From positions 1 to 50,773 of the forward strand of contig JBDRPL010000020.1 of assembly GCA_043827025.1 (NCBI GenBank): a DNA stretch of 50,773 nt. The letters are read 5' to 3'. A program made the translations under genes and the position numbers. Positions within the stretch are counted from its first letter, which is position 1; the number at the start of each line of letters is the position of its first letter. Shown here one piece after another: positions 19,647-27,118 of this stretch. Source of the DNA: Candidatus Micrarchaeota archaeon (lineage in GTDB: Archaea; Micrarchaeota; Micrarchaeia; Anstonellales; Bilamarchaeaceae). The notes under the pieces were generated by a model. That model was given only the letters and a program-made list of their open reading frames with translations. It did not search any database and had not been told where the DNA came from.

Positions 19647-20381
19647 TTACACTGTCCTCTTCAAAAGTTCAAATACTTCCGCTGGTGCCCTGACCATTGG
19701 ATGCAGCCTTGAAACTTCATTGCAGAGGTGGCATACTTCAGAACTCTTCTTTTTCTCTGTTGAGATGAACCGAAACATCCTCTCACAATGCTTGCACACC
19801 CTGAGCTTGAAGACAAACAAGCTTCTTGCAAACTGTATCCTTCTTTTAACAGTGTGCTGATGGATTCCCAGTGATTCTGAAATCTGGGGAAGACTAGCGT
19901 TCATGCAGTACATCAAGAGAAATGCTTTGTTGAAATCATCAAGGTCTTCAATAGGATAGGTTTTGCTGATCCTGGCCAGGTTTCCCGGATGCATTGAGAA
20001 GAGGTTCTTGTATGAGTTGCTTCTCACTTCAACCCCGCACATATGCAACCTTCTTCTTATCTTTTCAGAGCTGCATCCCAATCTGTTGGCGATTTTCAAT
20101 GTGCTTAAGTGGTGGTTGGTGTAGAGCCTGATTACCTGGCTGTTGAAGGTCTCATTCTTTCTGGATATCTTCCCTTTGTTTCTCTTCATTGAATCCGGGA
20201 TTATGAACTTCAGGTGGCGTTTGATGGTTGCCTCAGACACCCTGAAGTAAATGGCCATGTCTTTAATTTTCTGGCCTGAAAGATACCTCTTCCTGAGCTC
20301 ATCAGTATCTAGCATTAGGCGCTTGAATCTTCCCTTTTTTTTAGGGTTGGAATATTCAATGCCTTCAGTATACCATGCCAT
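19647..20381 (-). CDS. Multi-HTH regulator with C-terminal zinc finger
   Basis: Three HTH-like repeats (IKDMAIYFRVSEATIKRHL; TLKIANRLGCSSEKIRRRL; LPQISESLGIHQHTVKRRI); CKHC...CHLC. Confidence 0.75.
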   Translation of the reverse strand: MAWYTEGIEYSNPKKKGRFKRLMLDTDELRKRYLSGQKIKDMAIYFRVSEATIKRHLKFIIPDSMKRNKGKISRKNETFNSQVIRLYTNHHLSTLKIANRLGCSSEKIRRRLHMCGVEVRSNSYKNLFSMHPGNLARISKTYPIEDLDDFNKAFLLMYCMNASLPQISESLGIHQHTVKRRIQFARSLFVFKLRVCKHCERMFRFISTEKKKSSEVCHLCNEVSRLHPMVRAPAEVFELLKRTV

Positions 20382-21273
20382 GAGAGATCATCTCCTCATG
20401 AGTTTCAGCAGCCAGGGGAGCTTCCTGCTTCTTTTCAGCATCAAGGATCAGCTCGACCACTTTCTCAATTTCTGACAGCAAAAGAAGGACAGACCTTTCC
20501 ATGCTCAGGCTTTTCTTGGCTGCATAATACTCAAGATAGTCATAGCAGTTCCTGAGCTTGGCTGTCTTGCCTTCCATGAACGCAAGGGTTGCTGCAACAA
20601 ACTCTGCAACTATCTCGTTTGAAGGATCCTGCCTTTCGTTTCTCATCAGCCCTGTTCTCTGGTGGGCTGCATGTGCCAGCTCATGATAGAACACCAGCTC
20701 TTCCGGCGATGCAAGGACAATCTTCTCATTCCTCTTGTAATACCCGTATGCTGTGCCAAGGAAGGCGCTTGATTTCACCTCAAGCCCCCATGCTTTTGCA
20801 ACATCAATAAAGCGGTGATTTGGCAATGGGATGTTCTCATATGGAAGATCCTTGCCTTCTGTGTCTTCAGCCCTGAAAACCGGCACACCTTTGAACAATA
20901 TGCCTGCTCCAACTCTTGCCGGATCAATTGGTTTGCTGCATTTTGGGCATGTTCCTTTCTCAATATCTTTGTTGTACAGGGATTGGCCGCACTCGCACTG
21001 GTAATAGGAAAACTCTCTTGGCGCAAGTATGTAGATTGCCTTTGTGCCTTTCTTTACCTTCCTTCCTGCCTCTCTCCACTGCTTGATGCCCCTGCCGTCC
21101 ATTGTGCCCTGTATAAGCTGAAGCAGCCTGTTGTTGAGGCTCCACTTGCATGACGGCACATTGAAGCCTGGGTTGGTTGCTAGGGCAATCTTTTCCGGAA
21201 GGCTGCCTTCCCTGAACAAATCAAGTAGCCTGCTAACTGAATCTTTTATTCTCGCATCTTTCATAGAATTCAC
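20365..21273 (-). CDS. ardC: ArdC-like antirestriction protein (ssDNA-binding domain plus zincin domain) with Zn-ribbon insert
   Basis: WSLNNRLL, QWREAGRKVKKGTKAIYILAP, VF...DTEG, HELAH, EIVAE. Confidence 0.8.
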   Translation of the reverse strand: MNSMKDARIKDSVSRLLDLFREGSLPEKIALATNPGFNVPSCKWSLNNRLLQLIQGTMDGRGIKQWREAGRKVKKGTKAIYILAPREFSYYQCECGQSLYNKDIEKGTCPKCSKPIDPARVGAGILFKGVPVFRAEDTEGKDLPYENIPLPNHRFIDVAKAWGLEVKSSAFLGTAYGYYKRNEKIVLASPEELVFYHELAHAAHQRTGLMRNERQDPSNEIVAEFVAATLAFMEGKTAKLRNCYDYLEYYAAKKSLSMERSVLLLLSEIEKVVELILDAEKKQEAPLAAETHEEMISHGMVY

Positions 21274-21278
21274 CTCAC

Positions 21279-21740
21279 TTATTTGTTTTTGACAGCAAAA
21301 TAGCTGGTCTTAAAGAGCCACTCTCTAATCCTTTTCAGGTCTGATTCCTGCATGCTTTCAAGAATTACCTGTTCCCTCAGAAAATCAGGTAATTCTTTGT
21401 TTTCAGCAAGCATGAACTTTCTTACAAGGTACATGAATATCTCTGCCCAGTCCCTGTCAAGGGGCGCGGTGAAACTCGCTGTTGAGATGTACCACATGGT
21501 CTCTGCCTCGCTTGCCATCCTTTCCTGCTTGGCTGCCAAAAGCAGCCTTTCAATCTGGATCTTTGCCCTGATGTTTTCAGGTATGGTCATGTCTGTATAG
21601 CCAGGCATCACTATTATTGGTCCGCAGATCGCCCAAAGGATTGAATTGAACCACTTCTCTCCCTTGACTTTCGGCTGATTCCTGATAACTTCTGTATCCA
21701 AACCTAAAGAATTCGCCAAGGTCAGCTGCATTGAGATCAC
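21279..21740 (-). CDS. Hypothetical protein
   Basis: 153-aa ORF, GAGGTGA RBS, coupled to neighbours. Confidence 0.75.
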   Translation of the reverse strand: MISMQLTLANSLGLDTEVIRNQPKVKGEKWFNSILWAICGPIIVMPGYTDMTIPENIRAKIQIERLLLAAKQERMASEAETMWYISTASFTAPLDRDWAEIFMYLVRKFMLAENKELPDFLREQVILESMQESDLKRIREWLFKTSYFAVKNK

Positions 21741-22183
21741 CTCATAATGTTTTGGACGAGCTGCAGGACTTCCATCTGCTTGCCGCTGTCTCTCATTGCA
21801 GAAAGGGCTTCAAGCTGGATGTCAAAGCGTTTCATGTCCAAATCATGCAGGTTCTGGATGGCTTTCATGGGTATTGCCATGCCGTTTATCCTGAAGTCAA
21901 ACCTGGGGTTAGCTTCAAGCTCTATGTTCACAACAACCCTTTTCCTGCTGTCGACATCCTCTTCTATCAGCTTCTTTTTCTTCCTGTACTCTTCAAGACT
22001 CAGGCCTTTCCTGCTGATGAAGGGCATCTCGCAGTCAAGAAACCTCACTGATGCTGACATAACGGTGCCATAGTATGAGTTCACCCATAAGCCTGCTGAG
22101 TCCACCCTGCCCCGAAGAGAGCTGGTTGACCTCCTGTAGCCCTGGCTGTCTGAGACTGTAGCGTATATCGGCTGGTATGCCAT
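21737..22183 (-). CDS. Hypothetical protein
   Basis: 148-aa ORF with RBS and upstream hairpin. Confidence 0.75.
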   Translation of the reverse strand: MAYQPIYATVSDSQGYRRSTSSLRGRVDSAGLWVNSYYGTVMSASVRFLDCEMPFISRKGLSLEEYRKKKKLIEEDVDSRKRVVVNIELEANPRFDFRINGMAIPMKAIQNLHDLDMKRFDIQLEALSAMRDSGKQMEVLQLVQNIMR

Positions 22184-22288
22184 CTTATCATCTCCGAGAA
22201 AAAGACAACTTTCTCGCTAAGTGGAAAGTTGGATTTTTATGAACCAATTAATTGTATAGAACTAAAACAAATCGAAGTTTAGAATTGA

Positions 22289-22732
22289 TTAATAATTTCT
22301 ATCTTCCCGCATCTCATTAAGTCTCCACCAGTGGTAAGTTGTGGCGAGAAAGCTGTAGATGCCCATGGCATTGAGTGCTAGAAAAATAACTGGATTTACA
22401 AGATCATGATGCAAATAAATAATTCCCATTGAAATTACCAGAAAAACAAAAGAGTATATGAGAGTTAATATGAATGAGACACCAATTTTCAAGACAAAAT
22501 GCCCTATGGCGAAGATAATCAAGAGCGAGATAAGCTCGATAATTGAAAGCCAGTACATGTTTAAGTTCAGAAATACTGGAATTTCAACAAACATATCTAT
22601 TGCACCAGAAGCAATTAAGGTAATGTTTCCAGCTATTGCCCCAAAAAAGATGAGTAAGTAATTCTGGAACATTAATTTGCAGTATTCCAGATCAGACAGC
22701 TTATCTTTAGCCATATCGAGAAAGAAGCGCAC
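22289..22732 (-). CDS. Hypothetical membrane protein (about 4 TM segments)
   Basis: Long hydrophobic stretches. Confidence 0.7.
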   Translation of the reverse strand: MRFFLDMAKDKLSDLEYCKLMFQNYLLIFFGAIAGNITLIASGAIDMFVEIPVFLNLNMYWLSIIELISLLIIFAIGHFVLKIGVSFILTLIYSFVFLVISMGIIYLHHDLVNPVIFLALNAMGIYSFLATTYHWWRLNEMREDRNY

Positions 22733-22756
22733 CTTCTTTAAAAAATATGTTCTCCT

Positions 22757-23305
22757 TCATGCTTGTATCCCATTTAGAATAACAGTACCTTCGGAATCAA
22801 TCAAATCAAAATCGTCTATGTTTTCATACTCCTCTTTTGAAAGTATCATGTAAAGCCTGCTTCTTCCATCTGGGAAAGCTCTTGAAAATCTCACAAAATC
22901 ACTAATTGCTTTTTTTCTGCTGTAGCCTTTGTAGTGAAATGTGATTACAATGCAGAACTTTGCAGGATCCCCAGATTCCATCAGGCCGCAGACAGCCTTT
23001 TCCATCCTGTTTTCATACTCTATATTTCTGTTGCTGCTTGGAATGTTCTCGTGCTCAATTTCAATCAGCTTGGTAGTTTCATCTTCACTGTATATGGCGA
23101 TATCCGTGTAAGCCTTTCCTGTTTTGCATTCAACTGAAATGCTAAGGTTGCTGCTTTTTGCTATTTCGTACATGGCAACATTGAAACAGAATGTGTATGC
23201 GCTTCTGTCCAATTCATCTGGGTCATTTCGTCCACGGACAAACCCTTCCTCCATTATCTCATTTATTTTTGAGACATAGCAATTGAAAAAAGTTTTTGGA
23301 TCCAT
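22757..23305 (-). CDS. PD-(D/E)xK-like nuclease-fold protein
   Basis: SVEC...TDIAIY...IEIEHEN pattern. Confidence 0.55.
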   Translation of the reverse strand: MDPKTFFNCYVSKINEIMEEGFVRGRNDPDELDRSAYTFCFNVAMYEIAKSSNLSISVECKTGKAYTDIAIYSEDETTKLIEIEHENIPSSNRNIEYENRMEKAVCGLMESGDPAKFCIVITFHYKGYSRKKAISDFVRFSRAFPDGRSRLYMILSKEEYENIDDFDLIDSEGTVILNGIQA

Positions 23306-23319
23306 GCTTTATCTCTGGC

Positions 23320-24564
23320 TCACACTGACAGCTTCTCATTTATCGTCTTCAGGTTGTAAAGAATAATCTGCTGCAATATCTGACCTAATTTAATGTCATC
23401 ACGCTTTTTTGCTCCCTTCGTGGAAAACACGTAATCTTCAAGCAACCCCAAGGGGATGTCAAAAATAGGAATGTCATTCATCTGCATGAAGTGGAATACA
23501 ATTAGCCTGGTTGTCCTGCTGTTCCCATCAAAAAAGGGGTGGATATGCTGGAACTCATTGTGCAGATAAGATGCAAATTCCATTATCTCCCGAAGGGAAT
23601 GGTTCTTTTCACCAATGAAGGCATTGTACTTCTTTAAAAGCTGGTCCAGAAGCGGATCGATATCCTTGAAGTCGGCAACTTTGTAATCTGGATTTCCATG
23701 TATGGTTACATGATCATCTCGTACTTTTCCCGCCCATTTTGGCTTGTGCTGCAAAGCAATGAAATGATAGTTCATCATGCTTTCTTTTGACAAAGGTAGC
23801 TCATCCCGCACATTTTGAAGCATCTGCAGGAACGCTCGCTGGTAATTCTGAACTTCATGGACAGATTCAACGCTCAAATTCTCTGGAACTATTTTTTCTT
23901 TTAGCAGCTTAATTGTTTGCCTTAAGGTGATAGGGTTTCCCTCAATGCTCAAACTGTGGTGAATGAATTTTATCTGAAACGCTTCAAGAATGTCTTGATA
24001 CTTCCTGTTGTTTGCTTCACGCAAACGCCTGAACTTGGCAAGCTCCTTTGCAATTTCCTCAAAGTACTCATTTGTCCGAACCCTAGCAACCATTAGTCTG
24101 TGGCCAAAATACACAATCAAATCACCAAGAAATGAATTGTATGGTACAATTGCTTTGAACGGCTTCCTGGAAAGAACAATGAGAAATCCGTTCTTTTCAA
24201 GAACAGTGGAAATTTTTGAAAATGTCCGGGGATGCAAACCTATATCAGTCACTCCAAAAGTTTTCTTCAAGAATGCCTTAGCCAAGTACTTTGAAACTGT
24301 CTCGTCAAACAGCTCATTGTAATTTACATCATTCTTGATGCAATACTTGAGCATCTCAAACAAATGCTGATTCTTCTCATTCATGCGCCTCTCGTATCCA
24401 TACTCATTCTTTGCAGCCAAACCTGATTCTTCCAGGCTTTCCAGAATCTTTCTAATCTTGTCGTATGCTGCCTTCTTTTGCTTGAGGCCGTGCACCACAT
24501 CAACAATCTTCCTAGGCCCGCCTTTCTCGTAGAGCTCCATGAAGACATCATATTTTGTTACCAT
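23320..24564 (-). CDS. Fic-domain protein with N-terminal wHTH-like region
   Basis: IHPFFDGNSRTTR; inhibitory-type HSLSIEGN motif. Confidence 0.92.
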   Translation of the reverse strand: MVTKYDVFMELYEKGGPRKIVDVVHGLKQKKAAYDKIRKILESLEESGLAAKNEYGYERRMNEKNQHLFEMLKYCIKNDVNYNELFDETVSKYLAKAFLKKTFGVTDIGLHPRTFSKISTVLEKNGFLIVLSRKPFKAIVPYNSFLGDLIVYFGHRLMVARVRTNEYFEEIAKELAKFRRLREANNRKYQDILEAFQIKFIHHSLSIEGNPITLRQTIKLLKEKIVPENLSVESVHEVQNYQRAFLQMLQNVRDELPLSKESMMNYHFIALQHKPKWAGKVRDDHVTIHGNPDYKVADFKDIDPLLDQLLKKYNAFIGEKNHSLREIMEFASYLHNEFQHIHPFFDGNSRTTRLIVFHFMQMNDIPIFDIPLGLLEDYVFSTKGAKKRDDIKLGQILQQIILYNLKTINEKLSV

Positions 24565-24712
24565 TATGCATCACCAAAGCAGTATTGCTTAATAAAGTTT
24601 TCTATTTGGCATGATATTTCCAATAAATACGGATAAATAATGCCATATGCAGAAAGGTTAAAATGTATTTAGCATGAAAATATAACAAAAAATGGAATAT
24701 TAATGCCAAATG

Positions 24713-24967
24713 CTAAGAATTTGACTGCGTTCCAGCTAGTGTTCCTGCTTTCCTTTCTCCTTGGGATATTGCCATGATCTGGGATAATGGGATTATGATT
24801 GTCTCTTTAGTGGAATCTTCCTGTTTTGCAGCTTTCTTTGCCAATTCAAACCTGATGAAATCGTCCTCTCTTTTGAGGATCCTGCCGCCTTCCTCATCAG
24901 GCATGCCGTTAACAAAAACCTTGGCACCTGTTTCAATGTACTTGTCAATTAGTTCAATAAGTTTCAT
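24713..24967 (-). CDS. Small hypothetical protein, possibly Sm/Hfq-like beta barrel
   Basis: GRILKREDDFIRF...IIIPLSQIMAI; closely follows the Ubl candidate. Confidence 0.6.
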   Translation of the reverse strand: MKLIELIDKYIETGAKVFVNGMPDEEGGRILKREDDFIRFELAKKAAKQEDSTKETIIIPLSQIMAISQGERKAGTLAGTQSNS

Positions 24968-24973
24968 ATTGCA

Positions 24974-25324
24974 TCATCCTCCTTTGATCTTGTGGGTTGC
25001 TGTGGCGCTGACAACCTTCTCAAACTTCTTGGCGAATGTTTTGACCTGGGAAGCCTGCGGAACTGGCTTAGCCGGCGCAGGACTGCTTTGCCCGTTGCTT
25101 GATGTAGGAGCTGGAGTCTGGAATGTGCTTTTCCAGTCTTCCTTTTTCTCTTCCTGGGGCAAATCTTTCTTTGTTAGGATCTCTGTTGTCCCATCCTTGT
25201 TCTCCAATGTGACCCATTTGTTGTCATTGAGCTGCTTTTCAACCTCTCCCTGCAGCTGGCCTTTTGGCACATCTATCTCATCATGGCCGTTTTTGCTCTC
25301 TATGTAGAGCTTAATTTTTTCCAT
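24974..25324 (-). CDS. Putative ubiquitin-like (beta-grasp) protein ending in Gly-Gly, with low-complexity insert
   Basis: 116 aa from ATG 25324 (GAGGTGA RBS); KIKLYIESKNGHDEIDV beta-hairpin; terminal VVSATATHKIKGG-stop; 1.2 kb downstream of ThiF. Confidence 0.65.
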   Translation of the reverse strand: MEKIKLYIESKNGHDEIDVPKGQLQGEVEKQLNDNKWVTLENKDGTTEILTKKDLPQEEKKEDWKSTFQTPAPTSSNGQSSPAPAKPVPQASQVKTFAKKFEKVVSATATHKIKGG

Positions 25325-25448
25325 GGATATCACCTCGCAATTTTCCTCTATAATTGAGGTTTCTTTCAATGAAAGAAGAAACCGAAATTAGCCTACATTA
25401 TGTTATGAGGACATTACATTTAAATAAATAATAAATTTAATTAGTTGC

Positions 25449-26522
25449 ATGTACTTCAAGGATAATAATAAATCAACCAAAAGCATGTTTTTTGGTGATG
25501 GCTATCTTTTCCATTATTATGAATTTAGCATACTACAGCAATGGCTTGAAGTGGGACAAAGGCTTCAAAAACTTTTTCACCTATATCAAGAAATATCCAT
25601 TCTTTTAGAAGAGGTAGAATCAAAACATGGGCCAATTCTTCAAAAAAAATATGATAAAGCTACCGGATTCACATCGGGAACCGCAAAGCCAATTAAACCC
25701 TTTCTGCAAGAAACTCAAATAAAGTACATAAGCCGATTAATAGAAGAATTGTTTAACAGAGATCTCGATTTAATTGTAAAAGTTGATGTCAGGATAAGAG
25801 AACTGAGACCATTTAAGAACCTAATGGAAAACTTGAAAATTTACAAAGATGGCAATTCTGTATCAAAAGAGAATGTGGAAAAATATTTTGATTATATCAC
25901 ATTAGATTCATTGCAGCATAATCTTTTGGAATTCTGGGATGATGTTAGGAAACTCCTTGATGACAAAACCAATGAGATAGCAATACCTGAACCCAAGATT
26001 GCTAATAGAGAGTTTTATCATTATTTTCTTCAAAGCAGGGATAATTATGTGGAGGGTAATGTTGAAATTGCTTTGGCTATTATAAGAAAAGCTGTCGAAG
26101 ACATCCTAACGAGATTTTGGATTCTGCATTTTGAAAAACTAAATGAAATAGATTTGAAAAAAAGACCTGAACTTGATAACCTACCTGGATTTTTAAGGAG
26201 CAAGGGTACATTGGATGACCAGGAAGTAAGGGAAGCAATGCCTTTTATTAAGTACGGCAATGCAGGGATTCATGTTTTGGGGGAAATACCAAGTGAAAAA
26301 ATATCGTCTAATGCAAAAAGGATGATTAACAATGGCATCAGCTTCGTTGATGGCATGTCAGAGAAATACATAGAAAAAATGAGATTAAAAAAGTACTGCA
26401 ATATTGAATTCACAAAGACTGGTTTCTCAATTAGATGTGGGAATATAGAGCAGTACATATGCAAACAAACTGCAGAAGACACTTTCCACAAAGATGACAT
26501 TAAGGAGTTTGAGCAGAAATAA
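25449..26522 (+). CDS. DUF4145/HEPN-like domain protein, opposite strand to the surrounding array
   Basis: ALAIIRKAVEDIL...KYGNAGIH; AT-rich. Confidence 0.65.
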   Translation: MYFKDNNKSTKSMFFGDGYLFHYYEFSILQQWLEVGQRLQKLFHLYQEISILLEEVESKHGPILQKKYDKATGFTSGTAKPIKPFLQETQIKYISRLIEELFNRDLDLIVKVDVRIRELRPFKNLMENLKIYKDGNSVSKENVEKYFDYITLDSLQHNLLEFWDDVRKLLDDKTNEIAIPEPKIANREFYHYFLQSRDNYVEGNVEIALAIIRKAVEDILTRFWILHFEKLNEIDLKKRPELDNLPGFLRSKGTLDDQEVREAMPFIKYGNAGIHVLGEIPSEKISSNAKRMINNGISFVDGMSEKYIEKMRLKKYCNIEFTKTGFSIRCGNIEQYICKQTAEDTFHKDDIKEFEQK

Positions 26523-26533
26523 CTTAAAATTAG

Positions 26534-27118
26534 TCAAACAGTAAGCGAATGCTCTTTGTTCTCATGCCCTCTCAAAGAATTAAGCAGCATCTGCAACCCA
26601 ATCATCGCCGCTATCTTGTTGCCCTTCTGGACCAAGCCCTGCTCAAGGTCTTCCTCCTCCTGACAGCTGTACTCCCCTTTGTCCTGGCTGTCAATGAAGC
26701 TAAGGTTCTGCTTCAGGCTTCTTTTCGGCATGACAAAGATATGCCTGCCGGTTGCCCGTAAGTCAAGAAAATCAGTTCCTTCCTTGTGGCAATGCCTTAT
26801 CACTAGCTCCCTGGTGATATCGTTGTCAACGCACATGACAATGAAATCATAGCCTTTCAGCTGTGATTCCTTTTCAATCCGCTCGGGTTTTGCCTTAATT
26901 CCAACTGCCTTAAAGCGCTGGGCAAGTGCTTTGGCCTTAATCATGCCTGCCTCTTCAAGCTGAAAGTTCTGGTACTTTACCTGCTCAACCTCAACTATGT
27001 CATTGTCTGCTACTGTTATCTCCGTGAATGCGTCTATCTGGCCCTGCTCCATGCAGGCTGCAATTTCCTCAACCAGCCAAGATCCAATGCCTCCAGCTCC
27101 TACTACTAGTATTTTCAT
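26534..27118 (-). CDS. ThiF/MoeB/E1-family adenylyltransferase (minimal, no Zn knuckle)
   Basis: VVGAGGIGS, ADNDIVE...YQ, K.KAL, YDFIVMCVDN...R; candidate catalytic Cys in YSCQ. Confidence 0.92.
   Translation of the reverse strand: MKILVVGAGGIGSWLVEEIAACMEQGQIDAFTEITVADNDIVEVEQVKYQNFQLEEAGMIKAKALAQRFKAVGIKAKPERIEKESQLKGYDFIVMCVDNDITRELVIRHCHKEGTDFLDLRATGRHIFVMPKRSLKQNLSFIDSQDKGEYSCQEEEDLEQGLVQKGNKIAAMIGLQMLLNSLRGHENKEHSLTV

Noticed and set aside
25386..25410. dif-like site (TTATGTTA)
   Set aside because: Only a partial right arm; no matching left arm or spacer symmetry.
26534..27118. ThiF as a thiamine or molybdopterin biosynthesis gene
   Set aside because: No thiG, moaE or rhodanese context; it lies in a mobile-element array and lacks the CxxC Zn motifs.
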